Positions 21,401 to 34,359 of a stretch of 39,236 nt of DNA are shown here, piece by piece. The position numbers and the translations under genes were made by a program. Source of the stretch: Octopus bimaculoides (lineage: Eukaryota); assembly GCF_001194135.2 (NCBI RefSeq), contig NC_068986.1, forward strand, positions 62,078,762 to 62,117,997. The letters are read 5' to 3'. How positions within the stretch are numbered: position 1 is the first letter of the stretch; each line of letters opens with the position of its first letter. Below the pieces are notes generated by a model that was given only the letters and a program-made list of their open reading frames with translations, did not search any database and was not told the DNA's origin.

Positions 21401-24400
21401 TTTTGAATTTGTAGCATAGTGTTTTGATGAAGTATAAATTTATATTATAATGCCTCACTTTGCCTGATTGTTAATATATGCCATCCCTGCTTTAATAGTC
21501 AAGAAGTTAGCAGCAAGGAGAGTATAATTGTTCCTAAAGTATGTAGATAACCAAATTTCGAATACTATAGTACATTAGTGAAAATTAATGTGAAACATTC
21601 TGTGAAGGGAAGTGGGAGGCCATATACTCTGCAGGTTGTCTTTAACTGAATAGAGGGCAGAGTAACATTATCTGGATGAGGTTAGGTTTCATTGATGTTT
21701 GGTTTGAATTATCATTGTTTGGTGCATAGAGAAAGCATCAACAATTTCAAAGGGCTTCATTCATAGGAAAACAGACCTGGAAAGTGTTTAGTATTACTTT
21801 TACTCCTTTTACACATTGTCTTACACTATCATTTAAATCTGACATTTATTTTCATATACCAATGTTTAAAGTCATCTTACTAAAATATTCATCATCTATG
21901 GTACGTTACTGGTATAATTTCCATTTATGATAGTACAGATTACACAACCCTACTCTGACCTCAAAAATAATAATTTCAAACTCTCTTTGCACTATATCTT
22001 AATAATGTAACACCAAGTGCTTTCTCCTTTTTTATGTTTGAAGAAAAATGTACTGTTCTTATATCATAATTGAATAGTTACTCTGAAGGGAACCTAACTG
22101 TATAACACCTGTTTAAACTACTTGTGAAAATCTCTAAAATTGTAGAACCAGCCAGCCCATCCAAGCGTAGAAAACAGCTGTAAAAGTGTGTGTGTATCAA
22201 AGCAATATTTATTTTCAAATGAAACTTTGTTTACGTAACTGTTTATATAGTAGCAGGTTCACATGTTATATTATCTGACACTAGTGTTGGTGTATAGCTG
22301 TCAGCTTTTTGATTTGCCATCAATATCCAGCTGAAAATGACATTGTTAATGTGAAGAACTGACATTTCTGTTGAAGTTGTTAGCTGCTGAGAATCTTACT
22401 TCTGATTCAAATTTTCAAGGCAAATTAGGAGAGTGGTATGTCCTAAATATAGTTCAGTGTTTAGTAACTTGATCTTGACTTTTACCTATGTAAATAGCTC
22501 TGCTGTTGTAATCTTGGAGTGATGAATTTTTCCAGTAACTGTTTACTTTGCTTAGATGAGGACAGTAAAAATGACTTGAAGAACCTAGATTTTGAGATAT
22601 GAAGACAGGATTGAGTTGGTTTCAGTATGTGTTGGTCTTATTGAATATAATGTTTAGTCATTCAAATAATCAGCAGTTATGTAGTTGTGTTTATCAATAA
22701 ACTATGTTGTTTGTTTATGTTGGTGAGAGGAAAATTGAAAACTTGTATGTGCATACATCATTTCATTCATCAGCCTTATAATATGAAATATGTATTTGTA
22801 ACTGTTGAAGAATATGTTTAAGTGCTTGTGATGACTGCTTTGCCAGAGTATTTTGTTTATTTCTACCACTTGCATAAGTGAATAATGTTAGATACTTAGA
22901 TTTTTTTCTTTTTTGTCTGCTAATTGAAAGGAAAGAAAAAGATATTTGTTATCAGTTTTATGTATGTTTTTTCTTTGCTGACTTGTTTTTTGTTTCATAT
23001 TAAGACTTATTCCCCATTTTGTTTCTGTGGCAGTTCTTGACATCTCTTGATCATAAAGGTTAACTATTCAAATATTTTGGGGTTCCATCTGGTAGAATTT
23101 CACAGATAAATTTTCTGTGGTTTATATAAGATAAAGTCTCTTAGTTAGCCATGTATTTCTGATCTTTGAAGGAAAATGGAAGGTGATATGTGGAATTCTA
23201 TCTTTAGATCTAATTAAAGTACATCTTGAATTAGAATAATTTTATTGGTTATCATTATGTCATTATGGTTTCTATAGCTTGAAGACTATGTAAATTTTTA
23301 TTTTTACCAGTTACTGAGGTATAATTTAATGTAATAAATAATTTGTCTATTTTATTTCACTGCATTATGTATCTGATTAGAATCGTTGACTTTCTCCTTT
23401 CTCATTATTATTTTTATCAACACACCTATTTGTTCCATGTTTTATTATTTCTCCCTTTATAGTTTTAGTCATAGTTACCACCATCCACATTTAGCTAGTG
23501 ACATTTTTTTTTTATTCATTCACTATCTACTCTCATCACATCAATCTCAAAGTTTTAATATTATAAGCCACCAATTCAGAATTGTATTCTTGTTCATCCA
23601 TTACATTTAAAGTAATGAACATTGTATAACAGCTGGCCAGGTTGGATTTCTAATTGCACTTATTTTAGAGAAACCTATGATAGTCATAACTACCATTTCT
23701 ACAGGCCTTATAATCATTAAAGTTGATCAGCCATTGATGATACACCAACTTGGTAAAATTTCATGCTAGCCAGTAAGAGTCAATTGACATATATTTCTTT
23801 TGTAATGTTTCTTCTCATCTATTCCTCTATTTCTTTTGTAATGTTACTAAGAAATTATTAATACTCAAAGGTACTGGAAAAAAAAATACTGTTATTCTGA
23901 ACGATATTTTAATAAATTAAAAGTTGCTGGGGAATAGATGTGTGGTATGATGACCTGAAAGGGTTTAAGTGCTACAGTTTTTGGTAAGTCTGAAATATAG
24001 TTATAAATATTTATCAAGAAAATAAGGTGCATTAACAGCATTTAAATTTAATCATTTACTAACTTGTTGTTCATTTTGTTTAAATGATTGCTCAAATTGT
24101 CTTCCCTCAACTTTGAAGGAGACTGTTTAGCACCCACTCCTTAATGGAGGGCACAGGTATAGTTTGAACTTGTAATCTATGAAGCAGCAATTCACACACT
24201 TTTTATTCAGTTGCCATATTTTCTTTAAAAACAAATGTTTTTAATAATTCAAACATTGTTCTGTTCTGTAACAGATAATTTCTTGGCATGCTGAATACCT
24301 GATCCAATTTCAATTCTTAGCTGAATGCAACTGTAATCTTGATATTAATATAAATTTTTAGTGTTAGTGCAAACCACAAATTAGTCATTTCAGTTTGCTC

Positions 24401-25839
24401 CAGAAGGATGAGTTGATCCCAAAATCTAAAAGTCATTAAATATTTTTGACTTCAACCAATTTGAAAACACTCATGGTTGTATGAAACAAAACTTGTTTGT
24501 TTTTAAGTGTTTATAACTTTCCCTCATAAAAAGTATGATGGGTTTTTTTTTTGTTGTTTTATTTTTTTTTTGTTAAATCCAAGCCTCAGCTGTATAATGT
24601 AAAAAAGTTATTTTGATAAATTTTCCCAGCTTCTTGATTATTTTAGTGCCATTGGAACATATAGGCAGTGTACTTCATTAGAAGTGAGTTAATTAACTGC
24701 TCTATTCTTTTTGCTCCCTTTTCCCATAAGTTTGATCTTTAAGCATGGAAGTTTAATGAGTTGAACATACTGTGAATCATTCACGAATAGAACATTTTTT
24801 GGAACCACAGTTATTGTCAAAGCTATTTATAAAAGATGGCTGCAACCTAATATTTTTTTTACTTATTACTACTGTCTGAAATCTATTTCTTGTGAAAGAA
24901 TAATAACCAATTGGGCAATTGTACTTGTGTATTGTTAGGTGAACATCTGGAAATAACTGCGTGTATTGTGTATCAAGTTATTCAGTTTTGTCTAAAGGTG
25001 TGTGAAGTTATAAAGTTATATTCACTGGACAACATGCAACCACTACTAGATTAGGATATGGATAATGTGATCCTGGCTTTTCTGTACATAGAAAAAGATG
25101 AATCAGGACTGATCTGGAGTTAAACAATAGCAGCCACTCAGATTGTTTACAACATATCTACAATATCCATGGCATACAAACAAAGAAGCAAGGTAATGCA
25201 CAAGCACACTTAGGGCACTTGCAGTTACCATCTTTGGTTCACTCAAATGAAACAGCAGCAGAAGTATATAAAAATATATTAGATCCATCATAGGTTGTGT
25301 GAGTTATATCTGAATTTCTACCCTTGCCCTAGATTCACTACAGCAAATCACAAGCTAACTACAAAGAGCACAAAAGAACATACATCACATTGTCACACAG
25401 AATGCACACAGAATAAAGCCACAGATCATCTGTATAACAAATCAAAAATACTTGAAATGAAAAGCCATTTTTACATGTGATGGGCACTGTATTTTATCTC
25501 AGCTAGTTTCAATGCACACAATCCCTGCAGTACAAGATCTGTCATCTAAAACACTCAGACACCTCTTCATTACTAACAACTCAGACTTAAAAACAATCCC
25601 TCCCATCCAACTTAGATAAACACAAGGGCAACAAAATAACTTTGTTAATCCTTCAGGCATATCAACAGAAATAAATATTGACCAGTCTTTCTCAGCTATT
25701 TTTGTTCCACATCCCATTTTGATTTTTAAAAAAATGCATTCCCACCATAAATAGACGAAATGTGTGTATTTTTAAAAGAAGCTTGAATTGAAACTTTATT
25801 GTTAATTTTTTTCAATTGTCACGCTTTATTCTGAAGTAA

Positions 25840-26244
25840 CAAAAGGATGAATAGGAGAGAGGGTAATGGCAGAAGATTAACTAGGGTGAGAAAGAGAAGG
25901 AAATGAGAGTATAGGAGTATCCAAAATGACTAGGGTGATGTAGTAGAAGAGAGAGAAATGGAAATGATTATGTTAGATGTAATGAAAAGAAGAGAGTAAT
26001 GACAGAGTATAATGAGAGTGCACATTAAGGGGAGATAGTAATGACATCCACATGTTTGATAGTATGATATAGTGATAGGTGTTGATAACAAGCAACTTGA
26101 GGGAAAAGGAGTGATGGCAGTGGAGGAATATATTGGCTGCCAGCAGACATGGTGCACTTCCTCATTAGAAAGACAGGTAGTGTGATATGAATGGTAGGAG
26201 CAGAGGAATTGAATATGGACAGATGTGAGAGGTGTGTGCATGCA

Positions 26245-26290
<46 letters not shown>
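25840..26290. repeat. Purine-rich degenerate low-complexity tract ending in (AT)n
   Basis: Strong A/G skew on the + strand with no coherent protein signal. Confidence 0.6.
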
Positions 26291-26291
<1 letters not shown>

Positions 26292-26335
26292 AGGTTTGGA
26301 GGTGATGTACAGAAATTATATATTACAAAAAATAA

Positions 26336-26516
26336 TAAGGTACTCAGATATCTGGATGGTTGTACATTTACAGATTTTTATTAATATGTCACATGTTTTT
26401 ATAAATTAGCACTTGCATCCATTCTTGTAGAATCTCCAGATGCTAATTTATAAAAACATGTGACATATTAATAAAAATCTGTAAATGTACAACCATCCAG
26501 ATATCTGAGTACCTTA
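26336..26516. repeat. Perfect 76-bp inverted repeat with a 29-nt spacer, abutting an assembly gap
   Basis: 26336-26411 is the reverse complement of 26441-26516. The N-run starts at 26517. Confidence 0.9.
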
Positions 26517-26860
26517 NNNNNNNNNNNNNNNNNNNNNNNNNNNNNNNNNNNATATATATATATATATATATATATATCATTCAACTATGGTAGTAGTTGA
26601 ATAATATTCTTAACATAGTTTTTTTGTTGCAGTTAGCGTCTTCCAAGCAGTCTCACTAATTCAGTTTTAATCGAAATCAAATTTAGTTTTTTTGAATTAT
26701 GTTTGACTAGTGATAACCTACATTTAGGCATAAAATACTTAAAATCTGGTGCAATACAACAAAAGTTAAGAGAAAAAATGTATAGACCAATCTGGTTGAC
26801 TGATGGGTAGTAACACCCAGCATTGACGCTTTGAATCCACACCATTCTTTTAATTTTGAT

Positions 26861-27135
26861 TGACCGAGACCTTTGGAAATATGCTGTGCGTGAGAAGACC
26901 CGGCAAGCCAAGTAAGATCGTTGCCAGTGCCCCTGGACTGGCTCTTGTGCGGGTGGCACATGAGATGCACCATTTTGAGCGTGGCCGTTGCCAGTACCGC
27001 CTGACTGGCTCCCGTAGGATTTTCGAGTGAGATCGTTGCCAGTGCCCCTGGACTGGCTTGTGCGGGTGGCACATAAAAGACACCATTTCGAGCGTGGCCG
27101 TTTTCGTGCGGGTGACACGTAAAAGCACCCACTAC
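26861..27135 (+). mobile_element. RTE 3' UTR fragment running into a gap
   Basis: GACCGAGACCTTTGG..GAGAAGACCCGGCAAGCCAAGT followed by GCCAGT..ACTGGC units, as at 6430-6830. Confidence 0.85.
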
Positions 27136-27759
27136 NNNNNNNNNNNNNNNNNNNNNNNNNNNNNNNNNNNNNNNNNNNNNNNNNNNNNNNNNNNNNNNNN
27201 NNNNNNNNNNNNNNNNNNNNNNNNNNNNNNNNNNNNNNNNNNNNNNNNNNNNNNNNNNNNNNNNNNNNNNNNNNNNNNNNNNNNNNNNNNNNNNNNNNNN
27301 NNNNNNNNNNNCCATTAGAAAAAAAGATATTTAATTTTAATTCTCAAATTTTTATTGATTTTTGCGTGATATTAAAAGGACACTACTCAGGCATAACTAC
27401 AGATTTCTGTTCCACCAAATTTGGATGATCATAACTTTCAGAAAAATGGATATTTTTTAATCAAATTTTTTATCAATATGTGTTATGTCATGTAGATTCC
27501 AAATATACAAAATTGTGAGGGGAAAGTGTTTTAGGAGGGGTGGAGTGGGGAATTTCAGAAAATTCCCTGGAATCCAATTCGTCTTAAATTTCAAGAAAAT
27601 GGATATTTTTTAATGAAATTCTCTACAAATATACCTTGGACTATGTAGATTCCGAGGACATAGGAATTTTTGGGGAAAACAATTGGGGGTTATTTTTGCA
27701 CTCGGGGGCGTTTTGGAACAAGTCATCCATATATATTTCATTTTCTCCATTTTTGTGCA

Positions 27760-28099
27760 TTTGTGCATCTGTAGATTTCTATTGAACCAACAAACAGGCA
27801 ATGAAGGCAAATGACACCCTCACCAGAAGGCTTGTTATGGTAAAAATAACAGCTAAAGGTCTGATATACAGAAATGTTATTTAGACGACATCTTTTGCAT
27901 ACAATTTTTATTTTCATTTTAAGTAAATTGCCAGGTAAACGTTTCTAATAGAAAGGCAGAAGACACCAGAAGCAAAAATAAGAAATATACATGCACAGTT
28001 AAATATAGAAGTGTAAAGTATAATTTATTACATAATCTCTATAATAAACATGACATTGAGTGGAATAATTCCCTGTTTGAACTTTTTTAATTACATATG

Positions 28100-28174
<75 letters not shown>

Positions 28175-28196
28175 TAGAAATCTACAGATGCACAAA
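27760..28196. repeat. 22-bp inverted repeat pair enclosing a (TG)n microsatellite
   Basis: TTTGTGCATCTGTAGATTTCTA (27760-27781) and TAGAAATCTACAGATGCACAAA (28175-28196). (TG)n at ~28102-28172. No clear TSD. Confidence 0.75.
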
Positions 28197-28706
28197 AGTC
28201 ATTTTATTAAATTTGTATTCTCTTTTTTTTTTCCCATTATTTTTAAAATTCTATAAATATATTCATTTGTAACTTTGTCTCTGTACAGTACCGAAATTAC
28301 AGTATGTACATTATGTCACTGTATTTTGACCATAAGCCTTTTAAATAGTTCTAACTGCTTTGCTTGTATTAGAACCTCAATGAAACTTGAAAGACACAAT
28401 GTGATGAATATGCTCTTTGCTTAGGTTCTTTATATAAAAAATTAATATACTTAGAGATGATTGTTGCTCTACAGGAATTCTTCATGAAGTGTTTATAACC
28501 TTTACAAAAAAACAATTTCATACTCATCATCAGATAAAACTTTATATACTTCCCTATTATATGTATATAATATAATTTTTCTGAATCTTCAGATTTTTCA
28601 ATATGCNNNNNNNNNNNNNNNNNNNNNNNNNNNNNNNNNNNNNNNNNNNNNNNNNNNNNNNNNNNNNNNNNNNNNNNNNNNNNNNNNNNNNNNNNNNNNN
28701 NNNNNN

Positions 28707-28787
28707 TATATATATATGTGTGTGTATATATATATATATGTATATATATATATACAATATATTTATATACAATATGTGAATATATTT

Positions 28788-28822
<35 letters not shown>

Positions 28823-28917
28823 CATATATATAATGTATATATATAATATATATATACAATATATATATACAATGTATATATATAATATATATATATACAA
28901 TATACAATATATATATG

Positions 28918-28953
<36 letters not shown>

Positions 28954-29141
28954 TATATACAATATATATATATATATATATATACACTACATACTATATA
29001 TACAATATATATACACACTATACAATATACATATACTATATATATACAATATATACATGCTATATATATATACAATATATATATACACAATGTATATATA
29101 TACACAATATATGTACATATATATATATATATATATATATA
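28707..29141. repeat. Long degenerate (AT)n/(ATAC)n microsatellite between gaps
   Basis: Directly visible. Confidence 0.95.
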
Positions 29142-29686
29142 NNNNNNNNNNTAAAGTGATGTATTTTGAGTAGATATAAAGAATAATAATAAATGGAGCA
29201 ATAAGTTCCTTTAATTCTTACATATGTTTCAAAAATTATGTGCACACTACTTCAAAGAAGTGAGAGATGCTGGTATATACACATAAATTCATCGTCAGGG
29301 AACCATATAACAAATGCAAGACTTCCGCTGAATGCTAAGGTTACTTATGAGTAATAACACTATATAGCTAAGTTTAAACGACAGTTAGAAACAAGAATGC
29401 TACTTTACAGTGATCTGTTTAGGGAGAGAGGCTATGAACGCTATACTAAGAGTTTAAATTAGAAGAAGACACAATGAACTGCAGAAAAATTTAAAAGTTA
29501 ATAATAATGGTAATAAAAATTTTTTTTGTAATTGGAAGGAGAAAGGGAGAGAATCCAATGAATTCTTTATATACTACTGATTGTGTAAATAAACGTTTAT
29601 AAGGAAGGAAAATTAAAGATGGATTGTAAATATGATTAATTCACCATAATATTGTATCATATTAAGTTGCAGTAATTAACCTAAAT

Positions 29687-30252
29687 GGATCTTTTTTAAA
29701 ACGGGGGCCACATTTTTCATTAATGTTTTACGTAGTGTTTTTGGTACCGAAAGACTTTCAAACTTCGTATACTTACCTATTTTGTGTTATAGAACAGAAA
29801 AATATTTTTGTATTCGAATTTATTTCATGTAAAAAATTGTCTTATTTCGATAATTTCAACCAATCACTGACGTCCATTCAGCCGATATACATTAAGTGCC
29901 GACTACATAAACAAACGATTCTTCGTTTTATTTGCATTTTTCATTTTAAATTTGCTTTAACCCTAACCCTAACCCTAACCCTAACCGTAGGGTTAGGGTT
30001 AGGGTTAGGGTTAATTGTTTCAGAATCGTTTGTTTATGTAGTCGGCACTTAATGTATATCGGCTGAATGGACGTCAGTGATTGGTTGAAATTACAGAGAT
30101 ACGACAACTTTAACATGGAATAATTTATGGATTTCTTTTTTTTTAAAGAAGATTAAGAGAAAAAGATGTTTTATATGACACATTCTACCAGTGTTCCAAG
30201 TTTCAAAGTGTTTCGTTAATGAAAAATGTGGCCCCCGTTTTAAAAAAGATCC
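29687..30252. mobile_element. Palindromic MITE with 37-bp perfect TIRs, 8-bp TSD, 72-bp inner inverted repeat and central telomeric repeats
   Basis: TSD ACCTAAAT at 29679-29686 and 30253-30260. TIR GGATCTTTTTTAAAACGGGGGCCACATTTTTCATTAA. Inner IR 29851-29922 / 30022-30093. (TAACCC)n then (TTAGGG)n at 29958-30013. Confidence 0.9.
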
Positions 30253-30501
30253 ACCTAAATAAATGGCAATACACGATACAAAACTATAAAGTGATGAAAT
30301 AATAAGAATAAACATGCGTATGATAACAAAATTGATAGTATATATGTGAATATATACAAGTATACTTACAACGCTACGAATATAACTTTTCGGGGATAAA
30401 CTTGCTGAACCATTTAGAGAAGGAGAAAGTGTAAACAACTGGCATTGGAGTTAGATATAATTGTTATTTTAGATATTATAATGTTATTATTCTCATTGTT
30501 G

Positions 30502-30551
<50 letters not shown>

Positions 30552-30736
30552 AATGTAAAAATAAATTTATTATTATTATAATTACTATTATTGTTATTGT
30601 CTAAAGTTGAATAAAAATAAATACAAAGTGGGGTGATTGTTCATACCACATGTAAAGTGGTTGTCAACTAGTGAGTATGTTGGTAGGTGAAATAAATAAA
30701 TAAATAATATAACTAAAATTAGTAAAAAGGATGAAA

Positions 30737-31741
30737 TTAATGAAACGAGCTGAAGGTGTGTTTCCTCCACTGCTGTCATCTGTATGCTCTCTGTGTTATC
30801 TGGTTCACTAAATTATTCTTGGAGAACAGAATGTGGAATAGCTCCAAGTTACAGAGAGGACAAAAATCTTTAACCCTTGTTGTAGGGTATTGAGGTAGCC
30901 AGTATTGACCATTCCAAAGAAAATTGTTTAGTGCAGTCCTTAAGTTTCCAGATTAACTTACTAAGACCGGTACTATTATTTTTATTCCTATCCCTAAAGG
31001 ATGAGTAATGGTTAGAGATTCTCTTAGAGACCTGCGACAAAGAGCAACCAATATAATGCGAGACCTCTGTGTTAGTCGTTACCTTACATTGATAAACCAC
31101 ATTTTTGGTCCTAGCATTCACACTTAAAAACTTGATTCTATTACAATTAGATTCCGAGATACTAATCTTATTGTTGTGAAAGTTATTGTTATATTTACTA
31201 ATGTTGTACATATTACCTATATTTTTATCTAAATATCTATTGCTACCATATGAGTGTGTTGAATTACTGGAGTAATTGTTATTATTATAATTATTATTAT
31301 TATTATTATTATCATCATCATAATTGGTATGGCTGACTAGAGATGAATCTAAAAGTCTAAAATTATGGGAAGATATTATTTGTAACATATTTTTTGTATT
31401 ACAAAACCCAAATCTAACCTTATGTGAGTTGATGATTGGGTAATAGTGAGAACCCCTAGGAAAGTTCCTATTCACCGCGTCGCGGAACTGCAAAACCAAA
31501 TTGGATTTAACTTTTTCCCAAATGGGACAATGAACCAGATGTTGTCATCAGATCTAGGTGCAGTGTTTGTATAGCTAAATAAATTAAGTTTTTTTGTTTT
31601 TATTAAGGTGTTTAGAGTCGGTTAAGCCTCCTCTTTTATGTGAATGATTATAAGTAGGTGCCACTTTCTCAGTTAAGTGGGAAGAAGGGGAAGAAATAGA
31701 ATTGAGTTTATCCTGCTGTACAAAAGACGAAAGATCACTAA
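30737..31741 (-). pseudogene. Penelope-like element C-terminal ORF (thumb plus GIY-YIG), decayed, running into a gap
   Basis: IWFIVPF.. RNFPRGSHYYPIINSHKVRFGFCNTKNMLQIISSHN..KNVVYQCKVT..YIGCS..KRISNHYSSF..STGLSKLIWKLK..EWSIL..(frameshift)FCPLCNLE. This resembles Neptune-type PLE endonucleases. Confidence 0.85.
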
Positions 31742-32502
31742 NNNNNNNNNNNNNNNNNNNNNNNNNNNNNNNNNNNNNNNNNNNNNNNNNNNNNNNNNNN
31801 NNNNNNNNNNNNNNNNNNNNNNNNNNNNNNNNNNNNNNNNNNNNNNNNNNNNNNNNNNNNNNNNNNNNNNNNNNNNNNNNNNNNNNNNNNNNNNNNNNNN
31901 NNNNNNNNNNNNNNNNNNNNNNNNNNNNNNNNNNNNNNNNNNNNNNNNNNNNNNNNNNNNNNNNNNNNNNNNNNNNNNNNNNNNNNNNNNNNNNNNNNNN
32001 NNNNNNNNNNNNNNNNNNNNNNNNNNNNNNNNNNNNNNNNNNNNNNNNNNNNNNNNNNNNNNNNNNNNNNNNNNNNNNNNNNNNNNNNNNNNNNNNNNNN
32101 NNNNNNNNNNNNNNNNNNNNNNNNNNNNNNNNNNNNNNNNNNNNNNNNNNNNNNNNNNNNNNNNNNNNNNNNNNNNNNNNNNNNNNNNNNNNNNNNNNNN
32201 NNNNNNNNNNNNNNNNNNNNNNNNNNNNNNNNNNNNNNNNNNNNNNNNNNNNNNNNNNNNNNNNNNNNNNNNNNNNNNNNNNNNNNNNNNNNNNNNNNNN
32301 NNNNNNNNNNNNNNNNNNNNNNNNNNNNNNNNNNNNNNNNNNNNNNNNNNNNNNNNNNNNNNNNNNNNNNNNNNNNNNNNNNNNNNNNNNNNNNNNNNNN
32401 NNNNNNNNNNNNNNNNNNNNNNNNNNNNNNNNNNNNNNNNNNNNNNNNNNNNNNNNNNNNNNNNNNNNNNNNNNNNNNNNNNNNNNNNNNNNNNNNNNNN
32501 NN

Positions 32503-33050
32503 GCTTAACACTCGGACACACACGCTCTCACTCGCTCACGGGCAGCATTGCCAGCGGAAGCTGCCTCCGAAGCGTCGGCATGCTGTCTGCTCACTATGAA
32601 CCGCTCTCTCTCTCTCTCTCTCTCTCGCTTGTTTGCTTACTAATCACTGCTACGACCTTACTCAACCGCGTTCGTAACACACAGACACACACACTCGAGG
32701 TCGGTATCACCTTCGAGACGACGGCCTTTAGATCGTGCTGGTGGAGGCCTGCCGCCGATGCGTCTGCTGACTCTTTGCTCGCTCCCAGCGACGTCGCTCG
32801 CTTCCTTCTCACTCGAACCAACTCCTTATCCGTGTCGACCGCGTGTCTTTGCGTGCTTAACACACGGACACACACACTCGCTCGCTCGATCCGAACGACG
32901 TCGCTAATCGCTTTGCTTGCCTCGACTTACAACTATCCTCCACTGCTCGATGCAGAGAGTGTAGAGAGTGATAGTTACTCCTGCTGTTTGCCCGCGCTTA
33001 GCGCGACGGGCGTGTCCCGCTCTTCGCAACCAACTCGCTCAATTAACACA
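32503..33050. other. CpG-rich, GC-rich segment, probably a young repeat/LTR-like fragment
   Basis: Abrupt high CpG density versus the flanks. Internal direct repeat GCTTAACAC.CGGACACACAC at 32503 and ~32856. Ends in ..CA at 33050. The left end is lost in a 761-nt gap. Confidence 0.45.
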
Positions 33051-34064
33051 TTAAAATTAAAATAAAATTTATGCTGCATTAAATAAAAAATAAAAATTTT
33101 ACAACAGACTATCTACAACATGCATATATACATCAAAATACACAGATGCATACGTACAGATAATATACGTATATAGGCATATATTTGTAAGACATAAATA
33201 CATGTATACATGTATGCACGCAATCATGTTCACATATGAAAATTATTCAGTGTTGGGTCAGGCAAGTGTATTTTAAACTTATGGAGCTGGGGAAGTAAGG
33301 GGTGGAGATGAGTAATGTATAGATAAAGGACGTTACTAATGTAGAAAGGGAGAAAGCATGGTTTTCGTGAGGAAAGAAAGAAGGTAGTGGAGCACTACAA
33401 ATGCACATAAAATTGGATTACATATATGTGTATACAAAAATGTATATTAGCATCACGTATACAGACATATATAGAAATATGTACGCGAATACACACAAAT
33501 ATGATTGTATACATGCGTACGCACACATTCAAACATGTATATGTATAAGCGCATGAGCGCACATTCTCATATGTAGCGTAGGCACACACACGTGAATATA
33601 TATATGTGTAAATATAAGCATACACTCTTACCCACGCATATACAAAGATGCACACACACGAAACTATGTATGTATGTGCAAAAGTATAAACATAAACATA
33701 GACACACACATACGAATACATATGCATTGCTACAATACAGACATCCACATAAAACAAACTTTTAGGTCCTAACATATATATGCAGACAACTTTTTTAAGA
33801 AATTGCTGAGTGTATTAATAGCAAAAATTGGGCAAAATACATTCAAAATAGAATCCAATATATCGAACCATCGATAAAACCGGTTAAATTTGTTTACTAA
33901 ATATTTTTAAATAATTTTTAAAAAAAATGAAAATAAAATAATATAAAAAACAAGAAAACTATGTCGAAGGCTTTCTTAAAAAACGTAGGCATCTATACAA
34001 TATTCTTGCAATGCAATGTAAATCTTGTATAATGAGGTACAAATCCAATAGTGAGATTGCAAAC

Positions 34065-34225
34065 TGGTATATCGAAGTTTGATAAGCTGAAAAAAGTTAT
34101 TTTGTAGCTCTCAGTTAGTAGCTGGGGTTGCTATGTATGGGAATAAAAATTCAAAATGGAGTAGATAAAATCGAGTCTACACACGTTTCATAGCTAGCAG
34201 AACCTCGGAAGTAGTAATTAACCAA
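34065..34225 (+). repeat. Old unclassified dispersed repeat, copy 2 (homologous to 2310-2500)
   Basis: See copy 1. Confidence 0.65.
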
Positions 34226-34359
34226 ATCTTTATACATTTTTATTTTTATTTCTACATTCATTCTCCTATTTTCCTATATACTCCTTATTTGCTTCCTTTT
34301 TCCAAAATAACTCCTCATATTGAACTCTATTATTTCTCTTTATTTAACCAACGCACATC

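Noticed and set aside
25169-25192. Micro first exon MAYKQRSK|GTAATG in phase with the 36532 exon
   Set aside because: Eight codons plus a GT donor is expected by chance in an 18-kb intron, with no other support.
29958-30013. Ancient telomere-telomere fusion site
   Set aside because: The orientation is (CCCTAA)n then (TTAGGG)n, the opposite of a fusion, and it lies inside a TIR/TSD-bounded MITE.
30635-30675. Hammerhead at the 3' end of the minus-strand PLE
   Set aside because: A stem II-like ACCAC/GTGGT is present but the core is degenerate (no CUGANGA, no GAAAC). At most a decayed remnant.
31673-33065. Long ORFs of 260-460 aa (also 26707-27318, 34569-34943)
   Set aside because: They are open only because they span N-gaps.
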